Numbered from the stretch's first letter, positions 1 to 21,581 are shown. The stretch: 64,000 nt of DNA from Octopus vulgaris (GCA_951406725.2 OX597839.1:36952001-37016000), one strand, 5' to 3'. Numbers and translations are program-made. The notes: generated from the letters alone by a model not told the origin.

Positions 1-204
1 TTATACAATTATCAATATCTGTAGACAGTTAACGAACTATTTTTATGTAATTATGACTATTCAATTATGAAACTATTTTTTATGCAATTATCAATGACTT
101 TATGCATTTACCAACCTTTATAAACTGTGTATTTATCTCTATGCGAATTATTACTCTAAATATATACAATTATAAATAAATCTATTTTATTTCCTTATTA
201 CCAG

Positions 205-7720
<7,516 letters not shown>

Positions 7721-7735
<15 letters not shown>

Positions 7736-8385
7736 TGTGAGAGTGGATGCTGCTAAATTTGTGTGGAGTCATGTATTGGATGGTAATGTGAATAGGTGGG
7801 TGGAGTTATATCTGTATTAGAGTGTGTAAAATATGGTAATGTGGATGGGTGGAGTTATGTCTGTAAAGTTATGTATAGTATAAAAGTATGGGTGGAGCTA
7901 TATCTGTGTCAATACAATGAGGGTGGGTGGTGTTACATCTGTGTTACGTCGAATATAATGTGGTAGTGTGGTAGGTGGAGTTATGGTAGTGTGGTAGGTG
8001 GAGTTAACTCTACATATGTCTATGTAGAGTTGTGTACAGTATGGTTGTGTGGTTGGACTGAGTTGTATCTGTGTAGAGCTGCTGTACAGAATGGTAGTGT
8101 GGCTGGAGCTACACCTATACAGTTGTTGTTATGGTGGGGAGAGTTATATCTGTGTGGTGTTGTGTATAATATGATAATGTGGGTGGATGGAGTTATACCT
8201 GTATAGAGTTGTGCACAATATGGCAGTGTAAGAGGAGTTATATCCGTGTGGTGTTTGCGTACAGTATGGTAATGTAAGTGGAATTATATCTGTGTGGTGT
8301 TTGTGTATAACATATGCTAGTGTGTGTGTGGAGTTATATCTGGTCAGTGTAGGTGTGCAGCATAGGATGGAGTTATATATCTGTT
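7721..8385 (+). repeat. degenerate ~40-45-bp minisatellite at the start of the 3' UTR
   Basis: Unit approx. tgtacagtatggtagtgtgggtggagttatatctgtgtagagttg, more than a dozen copies. Confidence 0.8.
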
Positions 8386-8833
8386 GTCTGTTGATGTTTC
8401 AACACTGCTTCCTTCTTCATCCATGAGTTTCGTACATCTGGAGGATTCGTGTATCTTTAGCTGTATAATGGTCTGTGTTACCTCTCACAATTGACTCTAC
8501 CTCTCTCACTCTATCACCCCCAGCAGTGGACTGTTTGTGCAACTTTCAACATATTTTAACACAAAGTAAATCTTAATATACATGTCTGTGTGTGTGTGTA
8601 CATTCGTGTGAGTGTGTATACAAGAGCACTGTATACATTATTATTATTATTATTATTATTATTATCATTCAATTGTTATTCTTCATTTTAACTCAGGTTT
8701 TGTTGGAACTCCTGGAGTCTTGCACGAGTAGTGGACTTGCTACCTGCAGCCTACAGTACCATGCTATCTGTTCTTTCCAACTATCTAACTATATTATTAT
8801 TATTATTATTATCATTATTATTATTATTATTAT

Positions 8834-9555
8834 GGAGGCAGTGAGCTGGCAGAATCATTAGCACACTGGGCGAAATGCTTAGCGGTATTTTGTCTGCCAC
8901 TACGTTCTGAGTTCAAATTCCACTGAGGTCGACTTTGCCTTTCATCCTTTCGGGGGTTGATAAATTAAGTACCAGTTACACACTGGAGTCAATATAATCG
9001 ACTTCTCCCCTCCCACCAAATATGGCTGCCCTTGTGTAAAAATTTGTAACCATTATTATTATTGTTATTATTATTATTATTATTATTAAGGTGATGAGCT
9101 GGCAGAATTGTTATTACATCGTACAAAATGCATAGCAGCATCTCTTCTAATTCTTTATGTTCTGAGTTGAATCCTGCGAAGGTCAACTTTGCCTTTCATC
9201 CTTAAAGAATCAATAAAATGCAGTATCATTTAAAAAATCAATAGCTGGGGTCAATAAAATTGACTAGCTCCTGATCTCCCTAAAATTGCTGGCCTTGTGC
9301 CAAAATTTGAAACACTATTTTTTAAGAAGGTAAACATGCAAAATCATTTGCTCATGACAAAACTGCTTATCAGCATTTCCTCTGGCTTTTTACATTTTGA
9401 GTTCAAATACTGGTGAGGTCAACTTTGCTTTTCATCCTTTAAGGGTTGATCAAATAAAAGTTGCAGTCAAGTGCTGGGGTCAATGTAATCAACTTGTCCC
9501 ATTTTCTTCTTCTTCTTCTATTTGCTGACCCTCTACCAAAATTAGAAAGAATTAC

Positions 9556-9582
<27 letters not shown>
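8834..9582 (+). mobile_element. array of four head-to-tail family A2 SINEs
   Basis: Repeated head (gagctggcagaat), B box (gagttcaaat) and core (gtcaactttgcctttcatcc), mostly separated by (ATT)n. Confidence 0.8.
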
Positions 9583-9587
<5 letters not shown>

Positions 9588-9900
9588 GAATGTAATTATT
9601 ATATATGAATGTAATTAATGTGTTGCCCTCTACATCACTTCATTAACACACACTCCTCTCTCTCTCTCTCTCACGTGCACACACACAATGCTATGTAGAC
9701 CTGCTGATTGAAGAATAACTCAAGGTATATACAGCAATGTATGTTTATATTCCTGTATAAATCTCCAGTTGTTTTCTATAATTTAGTTTGTCTAAATATT
9801 ATATATACATACGCATGCATATGTATATATGCATGTGTGTGTGTGTGTGTATATACATATATGTATATATATATCAATGTCTATCTTTATGTCAAGTTCT

Positions 9901-9906
9901 AATAAA
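9901..9906 (+). promoter_or_regulatory. possible polyadenylation signal of the neprilysin-like gene
   Basis: AATAAA in non-repeat sequence with a T-rich tract downstream; position only plausible, no transcript evidence. Confidence 0.3.
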
Positions 9907-10641
9907 GACGATTTAACAGCAAACTGAAGAATTACTCTATATTCTCTACTTTCTTGTAGAGTAAATATCTATTCATCTATTGCACTTTGATAAGAAGATG
10001 GGTGACAGTCTGCAAACTTTCATCAGACAATCCAATGAAAGCTAGCAAGCTGAAACTTCAAAGTCGCTGTCACCTCTATTCTTATAAAAGTATATAATTA
10101 ATAGATGTATATAAAATGAGTTTGACTCAGCTTCATATTATTTAAAGTTTTGTGAGTGCAGGGCATGTCAATATTATTAGATGTTTAGAGTCAGAGTGAA
10201 GATAATTTAAAAGAAATTTGGAATGACTTCTTGGTAAGAATATTTAGGCTTTCATTGGTCAGTTCAGGTCATGTGGTTGGCTTAGCTATATTAGCAATAT
10301 TTGTTTTTTTTTTCATCGGATGCCCCACAAGGTTAAGTAGAGGCACCAGTTAGTATTCTGTAGATTGTGTTATTTCAGCTTTAACAGTTACCATTTGGGA
10401 AGGTATTTAATTTGATAAGTGTTGAATTGTGTATGAATTTGCATAACCAGCACAGGGGATAGCATGTATATGTGTATATATGTATGTATGGATGAACGGA
10501 TAAAGAGACAGGCAAAAAGATGGATGGCTGTATATATACATATATAGACAGATATAGGTATATATGGACATACACATACTTTAGGAAGGATATCTAGCTG
10601 TAAAAACCATACCAGAACATTAAATGCTGCTGCCACTGCTG

Positions 10642-10676
<35 letters not shown>

Positions 10677-11227
10677 CATATATACCAGTGCTAATAGTAT
10701 CAGTTGTAGCCACTATCAAGACTTAAAATGTTGAAAATCACTCAATATTTATTTATAAACTGCTGAAATTTTCAATCACATGATCTTGTCAAACAAATGA
10801 TACAGCCATAAGCCTATACAGATTGTAATGAAACAATGTAATACATATAAATGATTATGGCTGACTTTGCCTCTCATCCTTTTGAGGTCAATGAAATAAT
10901 AAGTACCAACTGAATACTGGAGTTGATGAAATTCACTAGCCTTCTCCTCCTCCAAAATTTTTCAGAATAATCACAAAACCAAAGTTGATATTTTGACTGC
11001 ATTTAATACACATGTATCGAGTAATTATGTAAGATAATCACTATGTACTACCCTCTTCAGTCAACATTAAAAAATATATGTAGCTCAGGTTACCAGCTGG
11101 AAGGGCAAAAACACGAAACTCACAGTACTGGAAATTATGAACCTTTCGGAAATAATGTATTTAAGAATACTCTCCATTTATATATTGAACTCTATAATTT
11201 ATTGCTTCTCGGTGAATGAACATAAAT

Positions 11228-11274
<47 letters not shown>

Positions 11275-12381
11275 TGTGTGTGAGCATACGTTATCATCTT
11301 AACTGTGTTATATCACAATCTCATCACTCAGTTTTAAAATAAACTCAGATTCTTACCTTTTATCTCAACCCTCTATTTTTCATTTGATTCTTTCATAACA
11401 AATTTTTTATATAAATTTGGGATTTTTTTAGACAGAAAAGAAAAAGGAAAACATATTCAATAGCTTCATTTGCTAAATTTATACAAATTTCATTGAATTT
11501 TGGTGTGAAATTGCATTTCTTTTAAAACTCATTTTTGTAATGAGTTAGCTTGGTATATGATGTTTAATGTATTAAAGTTTGTCTGTTCTACCATCTGTAT
11601 TTAATGTGTTACCAAAAGATATTTACATGAAAATATATAAAGATATAAATAATACATGAAGCAATGTATATATTTGTTCTGTCAAGTTTCTTGGCACCTC
11701 TCACTTGCAACATTTTTATTTTTGTTTGTTTTTGTTCCTCAAATTCCATGTTCTTGATGATAATAAAAGTAATCAAACAATTAAATTAAAATATACTCTT
11801 GTTTTTACACATTTCTTCATGAGCTAGAAATAGCAATCAAGTCTCTTGGAAATCAAGCACTATTATCTTATGTAAAGGAAGGACACACTGGATAGTGTAG
11901 ATAGCCTGAATAAATGATGGGATGGTTACAACTGGACCACCTTTTTACCTTTTCTATTTTTTTATCATTGGTGTTTTATCGATCTGGGCTAAAATGGAGC
12001 CACACAACATTCTAAGTTGACGATAATGAAAATCAGCTTGATGGAATGTATATATATATATAAGTAAACCTTTGAACCTAATTTGATACAGTTGTTGCAG
12101 AACCAGTGAATGTATTTCTGATGATTTGACAATGCAAATAGTTTGTCATTGATACTCACTCTTTGTTAATGAAACACAGGAAAACTGATGTAACAAAATA
12201 TTTTACAAACTCTCTTGTTTTGTGTTAAATATGCACATGTACACACAAACACATGTATGTGTGTGTATATATATATATATATATACACACCCATCTTTGT
12301 ATCACTTAATGCATATACACTGTTCACAGCCTATTGTAAAAAGGATCATCATCATCATCATTATTATTATTGTCATCAATA

Positions 12382-12579
12382 AGGTGGTGAGCTGGCAGAA
12401 TCGTTAGCATGCTGGGAAAAATGCTAAGCAGCATTATGTCCATTTTCATGTTCTGAGTTCAAATTCCTTTGAGGTCAACTTTGCCTTTCATCCCTTTGGG
12501 GTCAATAACATAAGCTGTACACTGGGGTTGATGTATTTGACCTACCACTTCCCAGAAATCGCTGACCTTGTGCCGAAAC

Positions 12580-12616
<37 letters not shown>

Positions 12617-12993
12617 GTTTTTTCCTTCTTTCTTCAAATTTTCTTCCGTTTCTCGCCGAGTGTTTTCCATACACCTAGGGCAGAGAAGGGCATTGTATCG
12701 ATTCCCAGATTACACGTGCAAATTCACAGATAAAATATGTATTTAAAAGTTAATAAATAAATAAATTCATGGATGGATGTTATTTTCACAGCGATAGTGC
12801 TCTTCTCAGTACATGAGCCGTTCCAGTTAATACGATTTTTTGCACTTCCTGTAGGGATGGTAAGCCTGGAATCATTTTCAAATAGGCTTCAGTACCTTTT
12901 TTATCATTCCTAGAGATCCTACAATCACTGGTACTGTAGTCACCTTGAGATGCCACATTTTTTCAATTTCTATTAGCAGGTCTTTATATTTAC

Positions 12994-13027
<34 letters not shown>

Positions 13028-13484
13028 AGCAGATAAAATGCTATGGAGCATTGATTCTGGGTCTGTGCATTCTGAGTTCAACTCTCACCAAAGTCATCTT
13101 TGCTTTTCATTCTTTTGATGTCAATGAAACTAGTACCAGTCAAGTACAGGAGTCAATTGTCGTGACTTGCACCCTCCCTTCAAAGTTGCTGGCCTTAGGA
13201 AGAATTGTTATTGTTATTATTATTATTATTATTATTAAGGTGGTGAGCTAGCAGAATTGCTAGTACACTGGGTGAGATGAATTGCAGCGTTTCATCTGTC
13301 GTCGTGTTCTAAGTTCAAATTCAGCTGAGGTTGACTTTGCCTTTCATCCTTTTGGCATCAATAAGATAAGTACCAGTTATGCACTGGGGGTCGATGTAAC
13401 CAACTTACCCTTTCCTCTGAAACTGCTGGCCTTCTGCCAAAATTTAAAATCATCATCATCATCACCATCATTATTATTATGGCC

Positions 13485-13526
<42 letters not shown>

Positions 13527-13790
13527 CATCATCAAGGTGGCAAGCTGGCTGAACCATTAGCATGCTGGACAAAAGGCTTAGTGGCATTTCATCTGTTTTT
13601 ATGTCCTGAGTTCAAATTTCCAACAGGTTGACTTTGCCTTTCATCCTTCTGGGGTTGAAAAAATAAGTACCAATCAAGTATTGGATTTGATGTAATCAAC
13701 TTGCCCCACCCCTCAAAAATCAGCTGGCCCTGTGCCAAAATTTAAAACTATTATTATTATTATTATTACTATTACTACTACTAATAAAAT
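12382..13790 (+). mobile_element. array of head-to-tail family A2 SINEs with (ATT)n spacers, containing a Dong/R4 fragment
   Basis: Copies start near 12382, 13028, 13238 and 13535. Confidence 0.8.
12616..12995 (-). mobile_element. 3' end of an R4/Dong-clade non-LTR retrotransposon (restriction-like endonuclease C-terminus + 3' UTR)
   Basis: KYKDLLIEIEKMWHLKVTTVPVIVGSLGMIKK, then a frameshift, then GTEAYLKMIPGLPSLQEVQKIVLTGTAHVLRRALSL*; embedded in (TAA)n on both sides, the known Dong target. Confidence 0.8.
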
Positions 13791-14762
13791 TATAATAATA
13801 ATAATAATAATAAAGTAAGCATATTTATTGATAAAGAAATATTCACATTGTCATCATTATTACTATTGTTCTGTCGTTACTGTTGATTTTCTGTGCGACC
13901 CTCATCTCCTGAAGTCTATTCATGTCGTATTCTATTGCTACGTGTCCATTCTAAGCCACTTTGCGTTATTTAATAATAAACTCTACTTTTATGTCTACAC
14001 ATATCAAAAAGTAACCCAAAATATTTCTTATTTTTAAAACATTCAACAAAAGCTTTTTCTTCTTCATGTCGTCTTCCTTTTACACTTCCTCCAACTTCTC
14101 CTGTCTTCTACATCTACCTTTTTAACTATCCTGTATCTTTTCTTCTTCATCTTCTTCTTCTCACTATTATTATTATTATTATTATTATTATTCTCTTCTT
14201 CAGCCTCTTTCTACTTCTTCTCCTATCTTCACATCTCTCTTCTTCTTCTTCTTCTTCTTTTTCTTCTTCTTCTTCTCAATATTATTATCATTACTATTAT
14301 TATTATTCTCTTCTTCAGCCTCTTTCTACTTCTCCTCCTATCTTCACATCTCTCTTCTTCTTCTTCTTCTTCTTCCCCTCCTATCTTTACATCTCTCTTC
14401 TTCTTCTTCGTCTTCTTCTTCTTTTTCTTCTTCTTCTTCTTCTTCTTCTATTTATAAGGTTGTCACAGAAAACATGAACTAATTTTCTTGATGATGTGAA
14501 TAACCAAAAAAACAAAAATAAAAGAAGGATTTAAAAAAAAAAATGTACCTTAAATGAAATTCAAATAAAATCATAAAGTATAAAAATATTTCACATTTGC
14601 TTTCTTGGTTTTCTTGGTATTGACCTTTTTCTTTTGTATCGGTGAGATCAAAGAGCAAAGATATTAACTTCATTCTATCCATGATATTGCTTTGGGCCTC
14701 TATTGTTATTATTTTTATTATTATTATTCCCTCTGCCCTAGCGAAGGCGTAGGTCGGCTCCA

Positions 14763-15389
14763 GGATCTTTTCCTTTTGAACGGCAGTTTGTAACATAATT
14801 TCTAGGTAACTAAAAAGTTTTAAACTTCGTATACTGGTAGAATGTGTTTATAAAACATCATTTTCTCTTGGTTTTATTCGAGAAAATTCTATAGTTTGTA
14901 AGATATTTCGTCTGAAAATCCGAGTATTTCAGCAATTTTAACCAATCGATTACCTCCATTCAACTAAAATCATTTGTTGCGTCTAAAACTGAGACAACAT
15001 CCTGTAACTAACCCTAACCCTAAATTTTTGTTTTCTTAATTGTTACGCGTGTAAAAAAAAAACAGAGAATTATTTTGTTTTCCATTGCTTTAGTTTTTTT
15101 TTACATGCGTAACAATTAAATTAATTTAACAATTAAGAAAAAAATTTAGGGTTAGGGTTAGTTACAGGATGTTGTCTCAGTTTTAGACGCAGCAAATGAT
15201 TTTAGCTCAAAAGAGAGCATAGGATTGGTTAAAATTCGAAAAATTAAACTACGTTAAACAAACAAATTACAATTTTCTCAAGAAAACCAAGAGAAAAAAA
15301 TGTTTTATTTTGACACTTTCTACCAGTATACGAAGTTTTAAAGTGTTTAGTTAACTAGAAATTGTCTGCCGTTCAAAAGGAAAAGATCC
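14763..15389. mobile_element. foldback-type MITE (long imperfect TIRs, GGATC termini, 8-bp TSD; Merlin/MULE-like)
   Basis: ggatcttttccttttgaacggcag...ctgccgttcaaaaggaaaagatcc; TSD cggctcca at 14755-14762 and 15390-15397; arms carry TAACCC/GGGTTA repeats. Confidence 0.88.
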
Positions 15390-15938
15390 CGGCTCCATCC
15401 TTGCTGCATCGGCTGCAAACTCGGGTACCGACGCCCGTAGCGTAGAGGAGAAGGGAATAAACAAACATAGGTGTCTTACAGGTTGTTAAAGATACAAAGA
15501 TTAAATTTATTTCCAAGAAACACCACTCTCATTTAGTCATGATAGAGTTATGTACCTTGAAAATACTTGCATTATATGAGTTAACGAAGTATCTTTTAAG
15601 GAATCGGTCGATCTGTTTGAAACTTTAGCTTTTAGCTACACCTCCCTCACTTCTCACTTTACCGTCTTCAGATAGGGAGGACACATTAAATAAAGTCGCC
15701 CTAGATATTTTATACCTGTGTAATAAACGGGGTGTTCATATATGGAGAGCTTTTGGTCATACGGTCTGCTGGATTAGGGTTAATCACCAGCTAAACAACA
15801 ACAGCAACAACAATAAGCAAAGACACATTTGATAATGTAATCCTCGATATGGTGTGTCTGAATAAAGATTGGATGGTCATATTTGGAACATTTTTGATCA
15901 TTGCTGTATTAGCTAAAAGCTGGCCTGGGGCTAAATAC

Positions 15939-16160
15939 CTATTTCTTTACTACCCACAAGGGGCTAAACACAGAGGGGACAAACAAGGACAAACTGATTA
16001 AGTCGATTATATCGACCTCAGTGCGTAACTGGTACTTATTTAATCGACCCCGAAAGGATGAAAGGCAAAGTCGACCTCGGCGGAATTTGAACTCAGAACG
16101 TAGCGGCAGACGAAATACCGCTAAGCATTTCACCCGGCATGCTAACGTTTCTGCCAGCTT
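15939..16160 (-). mobile_element. SINE family A
   Basis: Matches 563-792. Confidence 0.85.
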
Positions 16161-16558
16161 ACCACCACAACCACCACCACTACCAATAACAACAACAAGA
16201 ACAACAAATGACACATTATATGATGTAGCGCTGGATACACTATCTTTTAATAAAAGACAGGATGGTCATGGCTGGCACATTTTTAAGCGTAGCTCTGTTG
16301 ACCTAGGGCTAAACAAACAGGAACAACAAGGAATTACACATACACAACATAATCCTGGGTACTTTATGTCTGAATAAAAGACAGAACACTCATTCGCTGG
16401 AACACTTTTGATGAGAGAACTGTTACACCATATCTGTCCTGGGACAAAACACCAGAAACAACAACAAAAACAACAAAATGGACAGATTTGTAGGATTTTT
16501 GTTATCTGTCTCTGTGTGATATCTGCACTTGTAGGGTGCATCACACACTTCCCTACAA

Positions 16559-16956
16559 TGTTGTAGAAAGGAATAAAACGGCAGGAACGCGAATAGCTGA
16601 ACAAATAACAATAATGGTTTATTATTTCACAGAAGGAGATACTTCATCACTGGTCATCGGTAGCATGAACGCCTGGGTGAGGAGAGGCAGCAGAGTTGGA
16701 TTAAATCACCATGGTTAAAACAGTCTTCATCGCCCACGGAGTCTGGTTCGCCCTTTGAGTCGGAGCCTTGTCAGGACACATCTTAATTCATCAATCGCCA
16801 AGAGCCAAGAGGCTTGGAATAGCGGGAAAGGCTAACTGCTCCTGATTACTGCACATGTGCATCAGAGGACTTCTGGCGGCCTACCGGAAGACACCAAACA
16901 TTGCACATGCACAGATGGACATCCCAAAATGGTGCCTAAAACCTGGCATCACTACA
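16559..16956 (-). mobile_element. possible solo LTR
   Basis: GC-richer ~400-bp block reading TGTAGTG...AATAAA...TACAACA on the minus strand; no TSD found. Confidence 0.35.
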
Positions 16957-17306
16957 GATTCAATAAAGAAATCCAAGTAGATTATGACTGAGTTATAGAT
17001 GAGATGGTCATGGTATGAGGTCCATTTCAGAGGGTTTGAGGCCTTTTTAGGAGAGGCAGTTATAACAGTCCTAGATTATTGTAATTTTAGTATTTCATTA
17101 CTTGTACATCTGTAGCAGAATGGGTTGGACAAAAGTATTAGGAACGAAACTTTTCTTTCTCCCTTGTATTCATAGTTTTCATGCAAATATAGTGGAAAAC
17201 ATTTGGCTTTAAAGAGCAGTTATAACCATTGCTCTGATTGGTTAGTTTTTTGGCGCAAATTGTACCCTAAACAATTGCATCCCAAATTACTTTGTAAACC
17301 TATCAG

Positions 17307-17535
17307 GGATCTTTTCACTTTGACCGGCAGATTTTAAAAATAATTTCTTTGTAACTAAACAGTTTTAAACTTCGTATACTGGCAGAATGTGTTTATAAAA
17401 CATCTTTTTCTCTTGGCTTTCTTGAGAAAATTCTGTAGTTTGTAAGCTATTTATTGTTTAATTTCTTGCATTTTGGCAATTTCAACCAATCAATGACGTC
17501 TATTGAGGTGAATTCAATTTCTGCCATAGTGTCAA
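17307..17535 (+). mobile_element. single arm of the GGATC foldback MITE family
   Basis: Similar to 14763-14960 (aaacttcgtatactgg..agaatgtgtttataaaacatc). Confidence 0.75.
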
Positions 17536-17623
17536 CAACAATTAGTTTGTGAGTGATAGAAGAGAGAGAGACAGAGAGAGACAGACAGACAGACAGAGAG
17601 ACAGAGACAGACACAGAGAGACG

Positions 17624-17670
<47 letters not shown>

Positions 17671-18304
17671 CAGCATGCCTGTGGACTAGAGGCTGGAGTG
17701 TGTGTCCATAAGTGGGTGATAGAAAAGTGAGGAAGCAAAACAGCACACTTGTGTACCCAAGCCTGGTATGTGTCTGACGTGTTTCAACCTTGTTAAATAC
17801 CACCAGTGAAGCACACTCATTACACTTGACTAGAATTGGAAGTGATCAAGTATATAAAGAGAAATAGAGGGAACATGGTGAAATCGATTAGAAGACAAAG
17901 CTTCTCTTCAGGAATAGCATGCAAGGGGGTCAACACTGTTAATACCAGCTTATTACGAGGATAATCTCAGTTAATCTAAATATATCAACTCACTACATTA
18001 CATATGTGACACTGTACTGTATTTGCTATTAGCATATGGAACATTTCCTGAAAGGATTTGTCCCTTCAGCCATTTTGTTGAGAAATATCAACCTAGTTTA
18101 CAGATTAATTGAGACAACCATTTCTTCATAATCAAACGTTGATCCTTTGAATTATATCACAAAAACAAAATCTTTGGTTCTTTAACTCTTTAGCACTTAA
18201 ACAGGCTATATCTGGCCCAAATATTCCACCTGCTCTATGCTCAAACCAACCAGATCTGGCCTCTCACACTTAGCCTATAGTGCCATTCTAAAAATAAACA
18301 ATCA

Positions 18305-18711
18305 GGCGCAGGAGTGGCTGTGTGGTAAGTAGCTTGCTTACCAACCACATGGTTCTGGGTTCAGTCCCACTGCGTGGCATCTTGGGCAAGTGTCTTCTGC
18401 TATAGCCCCGGGCCGACCATTGCCTTGTGAATGGATTTGGTAGACGGAAACTGAAAGAAGCCTGTCATATATATGTATATATATATATATATGTATGTGT
18501 GTGTTTGTGTGTCTGTGTTTGTCCCCCTAGCATTGCTTGACAACTGATGCTGGTGTGTTTACGTCCCCGTCACTAAGCGGTTCGGCAAAAGAGACCGATA
18601 GAATAAGTACTGGGCTTACAAAGACTAAGTCCCGGGGTCGATTTGCTTGACTAAAGGCGGTGCTCCAGCATGGCTGCAGTCAAATGACTGAAACAAGTAA
18701 AAGTGTAAAAG
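18305..18711 (+). mobile_element. full-length CORE-type tRNA SINE (family B) inserted into a TTAA MITE (~18182-18802)
   Basis: tggctgtgtggt A box, ggttcagtccc B box, CORE-like ttgggcaagtg, internal (TA)/(TG) microsatellite, tail aagtaaaag; aatca on both sides. Confidence 0.88.
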
Positions 18712-18987
18712 AATCATGGAAATCTCAAAGCTATGAGATAATTAATTCATAAACAATATAAATAAGTATTACATTGGACAGAGCAATCTGAATGTTAAAG
18801 GTCCGAGTTGTAGCAGCAGCCATTCCTTTCTAAGTGAAATACAAAGGATTCAGTAAATGCAGTATGGCCAAATGGTTAAGAGGTTTGCTTTAAAACCATG
18901 AGGTACTAGGTTCAATTTCACCGTCCATCTTGGACATATGTCATTTTCTATTTCACTTTCAGTTTGATAGATACTTTGTGATTTAAG

Positions 18988-19220
18988 GGTGGCGAGCTGG
19001 CAGAAACGTTAGCACACTGGGCGAAATGCTTAGCAGTATTTCGTCTGCCGTTACATTCTGAGTTCAAATTCCATCGAAGTCGACTTTTCCTTTCATCCTT
19101 TCGGGGTCGATAAATTAAGTACCAGTTACACATTGGGGTTGATGTAATCAACTTAATCCTTTTGTCTGTCCTTGTTTGTCCCCTCTGTGTGTAGCCCCTG
19201 GTGGGTAATAAAGAAATAAG
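18988..19220 (+). mobile_element. SINE family A with ~13-bp TSD
   Basis: agatactttgtga / agatactctgtga flank the copy. Confidence 0.85.
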
Positions 19221-20785
19221 ATACTCTGTGAGTGAATTTGGGTAGATGGAAATTATATAGAAGTCTCTTGAGTGGTTTGAACCTGTTATTCAAAAAGTAC
19301 AACTTTGCTACACAGTGTGTTACAACAATTCTACCTGAGAATAAATCTAAAGGTACACAAGTCTGTGGAATACTCAGCCACTTAAAGGTTAAGTCAGGAA
19401 GAGATAATTCAAACCATCAAAGAACTGAATCCCCATTGTTTAAATTATAGAGATCCATCACCACTGTTTACTTGTTCCAGTCTTCGAATGTCAGCCATGA
19501 TGGAGCACTGCCTCAAAGGGTTTAACTGAACAAATCAACTGCAGCACTCATATTTTTAAAGCCTGGTACATATTCTATCAGTCTGTTTTTGCTGAACTAC
19601 TAAGTTACAGAGACACAAACAAACCAATACCATTTGTCAAACAGTGGTAAGGAAATATACAAATGTAACGACAAACACATACACACACACACACACAACT
19701 TCATCAGCCTGTGGTTATAGTAGAAGACGCTTGCCCAAAGTGCCTCGCAGTAGGACTGAACCCAAGACCGCATGGTCGAGAAGCAAATTTGCATACATGT
19801 ACATATGTTTGTTTGTTGGTTATAATGAATGAGAGTAAACATACTTAATGCCATAGAAAAGCGTAATAGTTTATTCCGGGCCAATCCAGTGGCCTACTAC
19901 TCTGAAGTTGCCACTCTGGATAATAGATAAAGATATGGAGAACAGCTACCAAATACCTAAGTGAAGATTCAAAAGCAAATTCACATTTTGCACAAGTCTT
20001 TGGCTTATTGTTCTAACTTGTTGCACTCAGAAATTTATGAGAATAATCTGACCTCTTGGTGCAAAAGGCTAGAATAATAGGCCGATGTCTTGAGGCAAAC
20101 TGTGGATTTGCTTTCAAATCCTGGCTTAGATATTTGGTAGCTAGTGTCTCTATCACTTCTCATCCTTTCTCCTATCTAATCAGCTTTGACCAATGAATGA
20201 CTTGAGAAAGACTAAGGGGTCAGCTTATTCTCATAAATCTCTCAGTGCAACAGCTGAGAACAATAGGCCAATGACTTGTGGCAAAATGTGGATTCGCTTT
20301 CAAATCTTGGCTTAGATATTTGGTTGCTGTTCTCTACAAAGACATACCACTATGATGTTGGGAAGACTGCGGCATGTAAGTGGATAAATTTACAAGCCAC
20401 CTTTTGACTGGGGTCAGTATAAGAAAAGCAGAAGAACATAGGGCTTGTGGGAAGAGAAATGTATAAAGTACACACACATGGACAAACATGCACATGTACA
20501 CACAAATATCAGTCGAAAGTCAGATTAGAAAGAGGGGGAGATTGAAATAGATGGGGAGAAACAGAGAAAGATGGGGAGGAAGAAATAAAAAGAAAAGAGA
20601 AAGAGAAAAGGGAAAGAAAAGGATGTGGAGAGAGAGAGAGAGAAAAGGAGAGAGAAAAGGAGGGGAGACAAAGAGAAAAAGAGAAAAGAAAGATGTAAAA
20701 GAGAAAGAAAAGGGAGACAAAGAGTAAAGGAGAGAGAACAGAGAGGAAACAAGTATAAGTGGGTCAATAGCTGACAATTGAACAA

Positions 20786-20872
<87 letters not shown>

Positions 20873-21219
20873 GGGAGGTAGGGGTGCAGGTGCACAAAAA
20901 CAGAAGAGACAGATACGCACCTATGCACACCTGCACACACATATACACCTGCATGCAAGCGTATAACCTAGCTGCCGAACACTCACACACACCGCCACAT
21001 GCGGACACAAATATAGACACACCTAAAAGCGTTCCACGAAGCAAGCTGCAGACTGGAAAGTGATAGGAGGAGGGAAGAGGTCAGGGGTCGTTCATCCATT
21101 CAAAGAATTATCAAAAGAAATTTTTCCAAAAATAAGAAAAATGAATTATCAGGACTGGATTTAGAATCACAATAATAATAATAAAAATAACAACAACAAC
21201 AATAGAGATATACAAAACA

Positions 21220-21286
<67 letters not shown>

Positions 21287-21476
21287 GCATATACATGCAC
21301 TAACATATATATTTATATGTATATACATATATATAGATACATAAATACATATGTATATACATACATATGTACATGCATACATACATACATACACATACAT
21401 ACATACATACACATACATACATACATACATACATACATACATACATACATACATACATACACATATACATACAAAA

Positions 21477-21513
<37 letters not shown>

Positions 21514-21519
21514 TAGCAA

Positions 21520-21569
<50 letters not shown>

Positions 21570-21581
21570 CATAGCAAAAAG

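Noticed and set aside
15006-15162. TAACCC/TTAGGG repeats suggesting an interstitial telomere or fusion
   Set aside because: Only about 2 units per arm, and they are part of the MITE inverted repeats.
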